A stretch of 64,000 bases of DNA from an uncultured Chloroflexia bacterium. GTDB taxonomy: Bacteria > Chloroflexota > Limnocylindria > Limnocylindrales > CSP1-4. Below, in pieces: positions 21,392 through 30,650 of this stretch (position 1 is the first letter of the stretch; each line of letters starts with the position of its first letter). The notes beneath the pieces are model-generated. The model ran no database searches and was not told where the DNA came from. It saw only the letters and a program-made list of their open reading frames with translations. The position numbers and the translations under genes were made by a program. The stretch spans positions 44,598 through 108,597 of the forward strand of contig CAVQPG010000001.1 in assembly GCA_963714675.1 (NCBI GenBank), given 5' to 3'.

Positions 21392-22366
21392 ATGTCCCGC
21401 GGTGGTGCCCCGCTCGGGAGTGATGCAGTAGGCTTCGGCCATGACCGCTGCCGCGGTCGATGTCCAAGGATCTGGAAGCGCTACGGCGATACGGACGTGG
21501 TCATCGACCTCTCCTTCGACGTGCGCCCCGGCGAAGTGCTCGGCTTCCTCGGTCCCAACGGTTCCGGAAAGACCACCACCATGCGCATGATCCTCGATAT
21601 CGTGCGCCCGGGCCGGGGGCACATCGAGGTCTTCGGTGAGGCGCCGGGAGTGGAGCATCAAGCCCGCGTCGGCTACCTGCCCGAGGACCGAGGCCTGTAT
21701 CGCGACGTCAAGATCATCGACACGCTGAGCTACTTCGGGGCGCTCCGCGGCATGTCCCGCAAGCAGGCCCACGACCGGGCCATGGCCCTGCTGAACGAGA
21801 TGGGGCTGGCCGACGCGGCCGAGAAGAAGGCCGCCGAGCTCTCTCGCGGCATGCACCAGAAGGCCCAGCTCATCGCGACCATCCTCAACGATCCCGACCT
21901 GCTCATCGTCGATGAGCCCTTCCAGGGCCTCGACCCGGTCAACGCCGACATGCTCAAGGGCGTCGTCCGGGCCCAGAAGGACCGGGGCGCGGCGGTGGTC
22001 ATGAGCACCCACGACATGGGCGATGCCCAGACGCTGTGCGACCGTATCCTGCTCATCGACCACGGGAAGCGACTGCTTTACGGCACCGTCGACCAGGTGC
22101 GTGATGCGTTCAGCGACGGCGCGGTCGAGGTGAGCGGTACGGACATCCCCCGCACGGCGGACCGACTGCAGAGCGTGACGGACATCTCCGAGGTCGATGG
22201 TGCGGTGCGCTTCCTGATCTCCGAGGGCGCCACACCGCAGGACCTCTTCCGCGAGCTGGCCACGACCGGTGCCCAGGTGGAGCGCTTCGCGGTGCAGGCC
22301 CCCAGCCTCGACGAGATCTTCATCCGGACCGTGGCCGGTGACCCGCGTGCGGAGGCGGTGCGATGA
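21392..22366 (+). CDS. ABC transporter ATP-binding protein; N-terminus probably disrupted by a 1-nt deletion near 21471
   Basis: Walker A GPNGSGKTT, signature LSRGMHQK, Walker B LLIVDEP. The ATG at 21441 in the +1 frame gives MTAAAVDVQG, which would join WKRYGD to form a consensus start; the uninterrupted ORF from 21392 is reported here. Confidence 0.8.
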   Translation: MSRGGAPLGSDAVGFGHDRCRGRCPRIWKRYGDTDVVIDLSFDVRPGEVLGFLGPNGSGKTTTMRMILDIVRPGRGHIEVFGEAPGVEHQARVGYLPEDRGLYRDVKIIDTLSYFGALRGMSRKQAHDRAMALLNEMGLADAAEKKAAELSRGMHQKAQLIATILNDPDLLIVDEPFQGLDPVNADMLKGVVRAQKDRGAAVVMSTHDMGDAQTLCDRILLIDHGKRLLYGTVDQVRDAFSDGAVEVSGTDIPRTADRLQSVTDISEVDGAVRFLISEGATPQDLFRELATTGAQVERFAVQAPSLDEIFIRTVAGDPRAEAVR

Positions 22367-23625
22367 GCCGGGCACAGGGCGACGCGAGTCGCGGCCGCTT
22401 GACGGCCCTGGTGGCCCGCCGCGAGTACCTGCGCACCGTGCGTCGGCGCGGCTACATCTTCGGCACCTTGCTCCTGCCCTTGGGTATCGCGGTTCTCATG
22501 GGCATCTCGGTGTTCTTCTCCACCAGCGGCTTCGACGTCAGCAGCGAGGCCAGCGGCGCGATCGTGGTGGTCAACGACTCGGACGTGCCCATCAGCGACT
22601 TCGAGACCGACCGGGCCAGCCTGCGCACGACCAGCCAGGAGGATGCGGCGGCACAACTCGAGGACGGGGTGATCAGCGAGTACTACGTGGTGCCTGCCGC
22701 GTTCCGCGAGGAGGGCGTCATCACGCGTGTCGAGACCGGCGCCGGCCTCGACCTCTCACGACTCGATAGCACGGAGAACAAAGAGGCTCTCCTGCGCTAC
22801 ATCATCCGCAGCGCCTTGCTGAACGAAGCCGGCGTGCCACCCGAAGACGCCGCACGCATCCTCCAGGACGCGACCGTCAGCGTCGTCACCGTGGAGGGCG
22901 ACGAGGTCTCTGGCGCAGACATCGCGGCCGGCTTCGCGCTGCCCATGGTCTTCGTGGCCATCTTCATGATCAGCATCTTCATGACCAGTGGCTACCTGCT
23001 CCAATCGGTCACGGAGGAGAAGGAGAACCGGGTCGTGGAGATCGTGCTCAGCAGCGTCCCGGCCACGCCGCTGATGGCTGGCAAGATCCTCGGCCTCGGC
23101 GGGGCGGGCCTGACGCAGGTCGGGATCTGGGTCGGCTCGGCGCTCATCGCGGTGCCGCTGCTCTCGAGTCAGATCCCGGACCTGGGCCCGATCGAGCTCG
23201 ACACCACGATGCTGATCCTGGCCCTCTCCTACTTCGTGCTGGGCTACCTGGCCTTTGGCGCCATCTTCGCCGCCATCGGCGCCATCGCCCCCGGCAACCG
23301 AGAGGCCCAGCAGTACTCGGGCTTCCTCGGATTCGCGGCGGCCGTGCCCTTCATCGTCTTCTCCGTGTTCCTTGCCGATCCCCTGTCACCGGTGGTGTAC
23401 GCGCTGGCGCTGTTCCCGCTGACCGCGCCGACATCGATGCTCATCGTGCTGGGCATCTCCGAGCAGATCCCGTGGCCGCTGGTGGGCGCCTCGCTCACGA
23501 GCCTGACGCTGTTCGCGTTGCTCGCGACCTGGGCCTCGGCCCGGATCTTCCGTGCCACCGTGCTGCTCTATGGCGTACGACCCTCACTGCAGCAGCTGGT
23601 CAGCGCCGTCCGCTCGCCACGCTGA
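22363..23625 (+). CDS. ABC-2 family transporter permease (NatB-like)
   Basis: N-terminal TM, a large extracytoplasmic loop, then six TM helices; its start is coupled to the ATPase stop. Confidence 0.8.
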   Translation: MSRAQGDASRGRLTALVARREYLRTVRRRGYIFGTLLLPLGIAVLMGISVFFSTSGFDVSSEASGAIVVVNDSDVPISDFETDRASLRTTSQEDAAAQLEDGVISEYYVVPAAFREEGVITRVETGAGLDLSRLDSTENKEALLRYIIRSALLNEAGVPPEDAARILQDATVSVVTVEGDEVSGADIAAGFALPMVFVAIFMISIFMTSGYLLQSVTEEKENRVVEIVLSSVPATPLMAGKILGLGGAGLTQVGIWVGSALIAVPLLSSQIPDLGPIELDTTMLILALSYFVLGYLAFGAIFAAIGAIAPGNREAQQYSGFLGFAAAVPFIVFSVFLADPLSPVVYALALFPLTAPTSMLIVLGISEQIPWPLVGASLTSLTLFALLATWASARIFRATVLLYGVRPSLQQLVSAVRSPR

Positions 23626-23661
23626 CCCGTCAACACGAAGGCGAGAGCGCCCGGACATGAG

Positions 23662-23687
23662 CAGACCCCGCGCCGCGGCGGGGTCTG
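23662..23687. terminator. GC-rich hairpin between convergent genes
   Basis: Perfect 10-bp inverted repeat CAGACCCCGC/GCGGGGTCTG with a 6-nt loop; a second hairpin GCCCCGG-AGT-CCGGGGC follows. Confidence 0.4.
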
Positions 23688-23726
23688 ACCCGGGGATGGA
23701 GCGGCCCCGGAGTCCGGGGCTGTACG

Positions 23727-24014
23727 TCAGGCCGGCTTGAGCTCGTTGATCATCGCGCGCGCCGCGTCCTTGTCCTGGAACCAGAGCGCGTTGACCTCGG
23801 TGTACTTGGCCTGGTCGGCGGGCACGCTGTCCTCGGGGTAGATCGCCGCGACTGGGCACTCGGGCTCACAGGCGCCACAGTCGATGCACTCGTCAGGGTC
23901 GATGTACAGGGTGCGGTCCACACCCTCATCGAAGTGGATGCAGTCCACGGGACAGACGGCCACACAGGCCTGATCCATCACGTCGACGCATGGCTCGGCG
24001 ATGGTGTAGGTCAT
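23727..24014 (-). CDS. fdxA: 7Fe ferredoxin
   Basis: CxxAxxCPV (3Fe-4S) and CIDCGACEPECP (4Fe-4S) motifs; strong AAGGAG RBS. Confidence 0.9.
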   Translation of the reverse strand: MTYTIAEPCVDVMDQACVAVCPVDCIHFDEGVDRTLYIDPDECIDCGACEPECPVAAIYPEDSVPADQAKYTEVNALWFQDKDAARAMINELKPA

Positions 24015-24187
24015 TGACGCGCTCCTTCGCTCTTGTTCCTCCGGGAGAGGCCCGGGTTGGGGTCGGTACGTAGCCCGCTCATCCTACCCCGCGATTCGGC
24101 GCGTGTGTGTGCGTTATGGACCGGTCCGGGGGTGCGGTTCGTCCCGGAATCCCAGGGCGGCTGGCGAGGCCCCGCCGCCCCATGGGA

Positions 24188-24565
24188 TCAGGCGCTGATC
24201 GAAGCATCGCGCATGTCGACGCGACCGATCATGCCCTTCTCGATGTGGCCGGGGATGTGGCACAGCAGCGAGAGCTGCTCATCGCTGGGCACCGCGTAGT
24301 CGACGCTGGCCTGCTGGCCTGAGCGGAGGTAGACACGCAGCCCGCCGGTGCCGGGCGGAACGCTCGCAGGCGGCGCCGTGGCCAGCAGGTTGGGCGGCGT
24401 GGCTGCTGCGTCAGCTGCACTCCAGGCCTGCTGCACAGCGGCGTCGCCGAGGACGAAGTCGTGGACCTCGAGGCCGGCGTTGAAGACCGTGAAACGCACG
24501 GTCTCGCCGGGCACCAGCACCACCGGCGTGGGATCGAAACGGTAGTCGCGCATGATGACCGTCAC
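24188..24565 (-). CDS. cupredoxin-like (type-1 copper) domain protein; membrane anchor appears separated by a frameshift
   Basis: Copper ligand set H...CHIPGHIEKGM. The 24566..24719 ORF in another frame encodes a TM helix plus linker, joinable by a 1-nt change near 24585. Confidence 0.6.
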   Translation of the reverse strand: MTVIMRDYRFDPTPVVLVPGETVRFTVFNAGLEVHDFVLGDAAVQQAWSAADAAATPPNLLATAPPASVPPGTGGLRVYLRSGQQASVDYAVPSDEQLSLLCHIPGHIEKGMIGRVDMRDASISA

Positions 24566-24976
24566 CGGGCGCGGCTCCTCGGCCGTGCCTGCGGTCGTCG
24601 ATCTCGACGTCGGGCGGCGGCTCGCTGGGGCGTTGCATGCCGATGAGCACGAGCGTCGTGGCCACGATCGCGAAGACGACGACCACCACGACGGGCGCTC
24701 GGGAGACGGGTTGCTGCACCGGCGCAGCGTAGCCGCTCTCCGGCCGATCGGCCGCGGCGCCGGAGCGCTATCGTCGCGCCATGGCCCCCGACGACGAACC
24801 CACGGCTGCCCTGACCTCGCGCGCGGCGGTCATCGCGACCCTGCTGCTCTTCGGCGCCATCGTGCTGCTCGCAGCCCTGACGCAGTTCTGATCCCCGCGC
24901 GCGGCCGCGACGCCCGGTAACTCCGGGGATGGGCCGCAAGAGCGGCCCTGTCCCTGCTTGTCTACAGCCGTCAGCG

Positions 24977-25165
24977 TCAGCTGACACCCCAGCGGACGGG
25001 CGCCGTCAGGATCGGCTCGGGTGCGGCCGCGATGAGCTCCGCCCCGACGAACGCCAGGACGAAAGCCATCACCGCGAGTGCCACGGCCAGCGCCAGGAGC
25101 ATGGGGGTGCCGATGGAGCCCAGGCGCTGCTGGAGGTAGATGAGGAGTCCGCTGGTGGTATGCAT
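24977..25165 (-). CDS. small hydrophobic protein (62 aa, hypothetical)
   Basis: AAGGA RBS 8 nt before the second ATG; one strong TM segment MLLALAVALAVMAFVLAFVGAELI. Confidence 0.4.
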   Translation of the reverse strand: MHTTSGLLIYLQQRLGSIGTPMLLALAVALAVMAFVLAFVGAELIAAAPEPILTAPVRWGVS

Positions 25166-25370
25166 GGTCGCCGTCCTTCTGTGCATCGGTGGATCGATGC
25201 AGGGAGGCTAGGAACAGCGCTTTCGGCGACGCTTGGCGACCACTTCACCGCGACTTAGCCGGATGTGGACAAGTCGCGCATCGACGCCCGGACAGACCGA
25301 AGGCGCCTTCCTCGCGGAAGGCGCCTTCCTGGCGTTGCCTGTTCGCGGCCGAAGTGGCCGCGGCGCTTGC

Positions 25371-25739
25371 CTAGCGGCGAGCGCGGAAACAATCGTTGCA
25401 GTAGACCGGGCGGCTGCCGGTCGGCTGGAACGGCACCTGCGCCGTCTTGCCACAGTCAGCACAAACCGCGTCGTAGAGCTGACGCGGGGGACGGTCGTAC
25501 CCGCCGCCACCGCCACCGTAGCCACCGCTGCTGCCGCCGTAGCTGCTGCTGCCGCCGCCGTAGCTGTCATCACCGTAGCCGCTGCCAGCGTTGCGCTGGG
25601 CCTTGCGGGCCTGGCGACAGGTCTTGCAGCGCTTGGGCGAGTCGGTGAAGCCCTTCTCGGCGTAGAACGCCTGCTCTGACGCGGTGAACGTGAACTCCTG
25701 TCCGCAATCAGCGCAGACGATCGTCTTGTCCTCGTACAC
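25371..25739 (-). CDS. zinc-ribbon domain protein (zf-trcl-like) with Gly/Tyr-rich linker
   Basis: Two CxxC...CxxC ribbons (CADCGQEF...CKTCR; CADCGK...CNDC) separated by GGYGGGGGGY; AGGAGG RBS. Confidence 0.8.
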   Translation of the reverse strand: MYEDKTIVCADCGQEFTFTASEQAFYAEKGFTDSPKRCKTCRQARKAQRNAGSGYGDDSYGGGSSSYGGSSGGYGGGGGGYDRPPRQLYDAVCADCGKTAQVPFQPTGSRPVYCNDCFRARR

Positions 25740-25902
25740 GAACGAACGAACCTCCTAGGTTCCTAAACTCTGACCAGGACCGTTCGAGCGAGATACGGGA
25801 CCACGTTGGAGCGTTCCTGAGATTACCGACTCGGACTATAGCGACCGCGCACCGAGAACGCTAGGCGTCTATGACCACCAGACCGCACGTATCCACATGC
25901 AC

Positions 25903-26094
25903 TTACATGTGTGGCTCGTAGTCGGGGTCCAGGACCCGCTTCGGGTCATCCTCGAAGTCCAGCTTGCAGCCCTTGCCACAGAAGTAATACCTGGTGCCCT
26001 CGTAGTCGCTCACGTGCTGAGCATCCTCGATGACGACCTGCATCCCGCAGACGGGGTCGATAGCGGTGCCGCTCGGCGTTTCGTTCTCGTTCAT
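25903..26094 (-). CDS. YHS-domain metal-binding protein
   Basis: DPVCGMQV...YYFCGKGCKLDFEDDP is the YHS/TRASH signature. Confidence 0.8.
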   Translation of the reverse strand: MNENETPSGTAIDPVCGMQVVIEDAQHVSDYEGTRYYFCGKGCKLDFEDDPKRVLDPDYEPHM

Positions 26095-26208
26095 GGCGGA
26101 AGTCTACGACCAACCCGTCCATCGGCCCTCGCGCGTATCCTCAATACGGTGAGCGACCGATCGAACCACCCCCGTTCCGACCGCACCCCCGACGATCGCA
26201 AGCTGCTC

Positions 26209-26889
26209 ATGCAGCGACCGGTCGCCGACACCTCGTTCCTGGAGTCCGACGCCTGGCGCGCGCTGCGCATCATGGGCGAGTTCATCGAGGGCTTCGACGC
26301 CCTCGCACGACTCGGCCCGGCCGTGAGCATCTTCGGCTCCGCGCGCACGAAGCCGGACGACCCCATGTACCAGACGGCACGGGAGCTGGCGGGCAAGCTC
26401 TCCGACCAGGGCTTCACCGTCATCACCGGCGGTGGCCCGGGCATCATGGAGGCGGCCAACCGCGGCGCCAAGGAGGCTGACGGCGTGTCGGTGGGACTGG
26501 CCATCGAGCTGCCGCACGAACACGGACCCAATCCCTACGTCGACATCGCCCAGTACTTCCGCTACTTCTTCGTGCGCAAGACGATGTTCGTGAAGTACGC
26601 ACAGGCATTCGTCATCTTCCCCGGTGGTTTCGGCACCTTCGACGAGCTCTTCGAATCGCTGACCCTGGTCCAGACCGAGAAGATCGACCACTTCCCCATC
26701 ATCCTGTTCGGGAAGGACTACTGGTCAGGGCTCATCGACTGGATCGGATCCGAGGTCGTCCAGCACGGCAACGTCTTCGAGGGGGACCTCGACCTCCTCA
26801 AGGTCTCCGATGACATCGACGAGGTCGTGAGCATCATCACCGAGTCGTATCGGACGCGCGATGACGGGTCCGAACGGGAGGACATCTGA
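26209..26889 (+). CDS. LOG-family protein (cytokinin riboside 5'-monophosphate phosphoribohydrolase-like, TIGR00730)
   Basis: Hallmark PGGFGTFDE and GGGPGIMEAANRGA motifs; an in-frame GTG at 26149 is an alternative start. Confidence 0.85.
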   Translation: MQRPVADTSFLESDAWRALRIMGEFIEGFDALARLGPAVSIFGSARTKPDDPMYQTARELAGKLSDQGFTVITGGGPGIMEAANRGAKEADGVSVGLAIELPHEHGPNPYVDIAQYFRYFFVRKTMFVKYAQAFVIFPGGFGTFDELFESLTLVQTEKIDHFPIILFGKDYWSGLIDWIGSEVVQHGNVFEGDLDLLKVSDDIDEVVSIITESYRTRDDGSEREDI

Positions 26890-27330
26890 ATGCGTATCGC
26901 GGTCGGCACCGACCACGCGGGCCTGCCACTCAAGCAGATCGTGGTGGCCTGGCTGGAGGAGCACGGCTACGAGGTCGTGGATTTCGGCGTGAACTCGCCT
27001 GACAGGGTGGACTACCCCGATCTGGTCGCGCCGGCGGCACGGGCGGTGGCCTCGGGCGACTGCCGCTTCGGCTTCGTCTTCGGTGGCAGCGGCACCGGCG
27101 AGCAGATCGTGGCCAACAAGATCAAGGGCATCCGTTGCTGCCAGGCGACCGAGCCGGTGACGGCCGCGCTCTCCCGACAGCACAACGACGCCAACGTCCT
27201 CTCGATGGGCGCGCGCATCGTCGGTGAGCAGCTCGCCATCGGCTGCGTCGAGGCCTTCCTCTCCGCGGAGTTCGAGGGTGGTCGTCACGTCGCGCGGGTG
27301 GAGAAGATCATGGTTCTCGAGGCAGAGTAG
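26890..27330 (+). CDS. rpiB: ribose-5-phosphate isomerase B
   Basis: MRIAVGTDHAG...RCCQ conserved RpiB/LacAB motifs; the start abuts the LOG gene stop. Confidence 0.9.
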   Translation: MRIAVGTDHAGLPLKQIVVAWLEEHGYEVVDFGVNSPDRVDYPDLVAPAARAVASGDCRFGFVFGGSGTGEQIVANKIKGIRCCQATEPVTAALSRQHNDANVLSMGARIVGEQLAIGCVEAFLSAEFEGGRHVARVEKIMVLEAE

Positions 27331-27588
27331 GCCCGCCGTAGGAGCCGTCTGCGTGCTGGCTCGGCGGGGTGCTGCTACTCGCGTGCCGACGTGCGGGCCG
27401 GCTCGGCTGCGTGCGCGCCAATCACGTATCCGCCATGTCCATGCGGCTCCGTCACGTTCTTGTGCGTGGCACGTACGTGGCGCACGGTCATGGCAGTCGG
27501 CTTGCCTGACACGCACTGCAGCCCGCGCCGGGCGCTTGCCTGCGACATACGTGCCTGATACGAAGGTGCCGCGATCCGCTCCGGATGG

Positions 27589-28308
27589 CTACAGCTTGCG
27601 CTTCGCCTTCGCCGCTCGCCTCCGAGCCTGCGCCTCGCGATAGGCCTTCGTCTTCTCGAGGTACTCGATCGGGTCCGGCATGACGCACGAGGTCTCTCCG
27701 GGATCGAACTCGACCTGGCCCATCGCGGCAGCCGTCTCACGGGCCGCGGACTCGAGGGTGTCGTTGCGCAGGCCGATGCCGGTGATGGTGTTGCTCGCGG
27801 AGCGGCGGGTCCAGTTGCCGTAGCCCTCGATGCGCTCGGCGATGAGCGCGAGCTGGGCCGCGAAGACCTCGTCGGATACAGCGTCGTCGCTGAGGGCCAC
27901 GAGGTTCATGAGGTCCCAGCCGGCCTGGGCGGTGCGATCACGATCGGAGGCGATCCAGCGCTGGGCGCGCGCCAGGCGACCAGGCGCGTTAGCGGCGATC
28001 TCGACCACGAAGGTGTCGACCAGGAAATAGGTGTCGATATCTGCCAGCCAGGCGTCGAGCTCGCCCTCGGAGACCGCCGAGGGGTCGGCCACCATGCAGG
28101 CCAGGAGCCGAGCGTCGGCGTTGCCGCTGGCCCACAGCCGCAGGGCCAGCTGGTGGTCGGTGCCGATGCGCCTGGCCAGCGGGCGCAGGTCCCCGAACTT
28201 GACCCCGAAGAGCGGATCGGAGGCGCCGTGGCGCCGATACGTCTTGCGCGTCTGCTCCGTGCCGGCCGCCTCCAACGCCGCCATGGCCTCGTCGAAGGTC
28301 AGACTCAC
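27589..28308 (-). CDS. DNA alkylation repair protein (AlkD-like HEAT-repeat family)
   Basis: LFGVKFGDLRPLARRIGTDHQLALRLW pattern; GTG start overlaps the upstream stop (GTGA); the longer ORF start at 28353 is the alternative. Confidence 0.7.
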   Translation of the reverse strand: MSLTFDEAMAALEAAGTEQTRKTYRRHGASDPLFGVKFGDLRPLARRIGTDHQLALRLWASGNADARLLACMVADPSAVSEGELDAWLADIDTYFLVDTFVVEIAANAPGRLARAQRWIASDRDRTAQAGWDLMNLVALSDDAVSDEVFAAQLALIAERIEGYGNWTRRSASNTITGIGLRNDTLESAARETAAAMGQVEFDPGETSCVMPDPIEYLEKTKAYREAQARRRAAKAKRKL

Positions 28309-28805
28309 GAGTCCGGCATCTCCTGGAGCTGGCTGGCGATCGATTCGGCCCACGTGGCGATCTCGGACCAGGGTCGGAAGTCACCGTCGGGCGCGCGCAC
28401 GAGCGCGACCAGGGCGCGCTCGCTGATACCCAGGTCGGAGCCCTCGATGCGGCCTGGGAAGAGGCGGTGTCCGCGTGCCCCCAGGCGCTTGACCACGTCT
28501 GCGACCTCAGCCGGGTTCTCCAGGGGCTTGGGCGGGTCTCCCACGGGGCCGCTGGAGAAGAGCCACACCGGGAGCCGCTTGAGCTCACCCTCGTGGACCT
28601 CCACGAACTCACGCGCGGCGCGCATCCAGTGACCGGAGTAGACGCCGCTGCCGATCACGACCGCGCCGTAGGGGCCAAGGGAAGTGACCTCGTCGATGGG
28701 GCTGAGCTCGACGTCGAGCCCGCTCGAACCGATCGAGGCCTCGATGACCTGGCCGATCTCGGTGGTGGCGCCGTGCTTGGAGGCGATGGCGACGAGGACC
28801 TTCAT
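28305..28805 (-). CDS. flavodoxin-like protein (HemG-like)
   Basis: MKVLVAIASKHGATTEI...VVIGSGVYSGHW matches the flavodoxin/HemG fold. Confidence 0.7.
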   Translation of the reverse strand: MKVLVAIASKHGATTEIGQVIEASIGSSGLDVELSPIDEVTSLGPYGAVVIGSGVYSGHWMRAAREFVEVHEGELKRLPVWLFSSGPVGDPPKPLENPAEVADVVKRLGARGHRLFPGRIEGSDLGISERALVALVRAPDGDFRPWSEIATWAESIASQLQEMPDS

Positions 28806-28979
28806 CAGGTGGGTTCTCCGTATCGGGGCAAGGCGTACCCGAAGGACGATGGCGACAGGCGGCCTCCCGGCGTAGTGCCGAGGGTACCGTCATCGGTGGG
28901 CCGACGGTGGCCACTGTCACAGCCTCGACATGGCCCGGGCCTGACACTCCGCCCAGACCTCGACGGCAGACAAGGATGA

Positions 28980-29933
28980 GTGATGGCCCTCGGCGCGCGT
29001 GGAGCCGCCTCGACCCCGGAAGCAGGCCTCGTGCGCATGCGCCCGGGGCGTGCCCTCGTGGCCATGGCCCGCCCCAGCCAGCTGGCCCTGGTGTGGGCCG
29101 TCTACGCTGCGGGCGTGCTGCTCGGCCTCGCGCGTATTGGCACCGCCTCGGAGCCGTGGCCGGTGCTCATGGGCGCGCTGCTGATCGGGGCCGCCGCCGT
29201 CTCGGCCCACCTGGTCAACGAAGCCGAGGACGCAGCGACCGACCGCCGGACCGTACGCACCCCCTTCTCTGGGGGCAGCGGTGCGCTCGCCGCGAGCGGA
29301 CTCGACCCCTCGATCCCGCTCCGTGCAGGCCTGGCCCTGGCCGCCGTGGTGGTCGCTGCCACGTGGCTGGCGTGGGTCGGGTTGGGCCTGCCTGCGCCGG
29401 CCGCTACGCTGGTGCTGGCCGGGCTGGCCGGTGCCCTCTTCTACTCGCTGCCACCGCTGGCGGCCATGCGCCACGGCTGGGGCGAGCCCCTCAACGCGCT
29501 GCTGGGCGGCCTGCTGTTGCCGCTGGCGGGTGTGGCCGTGGTCGTGGGCTCGGTGGGCCTGGCTGACCTGCTGGCCTTCGCGCCGTTCGCGCTGGTGGTG
29601 CTCGCCAGCGTCATGGCCACGGCCTGGCCCGACCGCGAGGCTGATGCCGCGACCGGCAAGGTCACGCTGCAGGTGCGGCTGCGACCGACGACGTTGCGGC
29701 GCATCCACGCGGGCGTCTCGGCCGGGTTCGTGGTGGCCACGGCCCTCGTGGCCGTGGCCGGGGCCGCACCGTATGCCCTTGCCGGCCTGGTCGTCGTGCC
29801 CGCGCTCGTGATCGGCACCATGGGCTACACGCGACGCCCGTCGCCGCTGCCAAGCGTGGCGGCCATGGTCGGCCTGGTGGTCGTGTCGATGGTCACGAAC
29901 GCCGTCGGACTGATCAGCGGGTGGGGCACATGA
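28980..29933 (+). CDS. UbiA-family prenyltransferase
   Basis: First Asp-rich motif NEAEDAATD; eight to nine predicted TM helices. Confidence 0.8.
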   Translation: MMALGARGAASTPEAGLVRMRPGRALVAMARPSQLALVWAVYAAGVLLGLARIGTASEPWPVLMGALLIGAAAVSAHLVNEAEDAATDRRTVRTPFSGGSGALAASGLDPSIPLRAGLALAAVVVAATWLAWVGLGLPAPAATLVLAGLAGALFYSLPPLAAMRHGWGEPLNALLGGLLLPLAGVAVVVGSVGLADLLAFAPFALVVLASVMATAWPDREADAATGKVTLQVRLRPTTLRRIHAGVSAGFVVATALVAVAGAAPYALAGLVVVPALVIGTMGYTRRPSPLPSVAAMVGLVVVSMVTNAVGLISGWGT

Positions 29934-30631
29934 CCGGGCACGAAGCGAACGACCTCGCTGTCGAGTACCTGCTCGCGACCCGCCTGGGTGGCCCGGGTGT
30001 CGACGAGCTCGCGCGCCGCCTGGCGCAGCTCGATGAGCAAGACCTCCGTCGCAGCCTCGATGACGACGCTGCGCGGGTAGCCTTCTGGCTCGATATCTAC
30101 AACGCGGCCGTGGTGCGGGCGGGCGCCGTCGACCTGCTCAAGCGCCACGTCCGCTGGCGGCACTTCGCTCGCCGCTCCCTCGTGATCGCCGGGCAGCGAC
30201 TGTCCCTCGATGACATCGAGCACGGTGTGCTCCGGCGCTCGCGCTGGAAGCTGGGGCTCGGGTACCTCGGCAACCCGCGGCCGGGGCGGTTCGAACGCGC
30301 GCACCGAGTGGCCCGGGTCGATCCGCGCATCCACTTCGCGCTCAACTGCGGCGCCACTTCGTGCCCACCGATCGCGGCCTACGAGCGGGCACGATGGGAC
30401 GAGCAGCTGGAGCTGGCGACGAAGAGCTACCTGCGCACCGAGACCCGCCACGACGGCGACGTCCTGCGCGTGCCCTCGCTTCTACTCTGGTACATCGGCG
30501 ACTTCGGTGGGCCACCCGGCATCCGACGGATGCTGCGCGAGACCGGCATCGAGGGCTGGTCAGGGCCGCTGCGCTTCTCCGCCTGGGACTGGCGGCCAGC
30601 CCCGGACAAGTGGATGGGCGACGCCGGCTGA
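29930..30631 (+). CDS. DUF547 domain protein
   Basis: FWLDIYNAAV and IHFALNCGATSCPPI motifs of DUF547; ATGA overlap with the UbiA stop. Confidence 0.8.
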   Translation: MTGHEANDLAVEYLLATRLGGPGVDELARRLAQLDEQDLRRSLDDDAARVAFWLDIYNAAVVRAGAVDLLKRHVRWRHFARRSLVIAGQRLSLDDIEHGVLRRSRWKLGLGYLGNPRPGRFERAHRVARVDPRIHFALNCGATSCPPIAAYERARWDEQLELATKSYLRTETRHDGDVLRVPSLLLWYIGDFGGPPGIRRMLRETGIEGWSGPLRFSAWDWRPAPDKWMGDAG

Positions 30632-30650
30632 GGGGAGGAACGGGGTCCCG

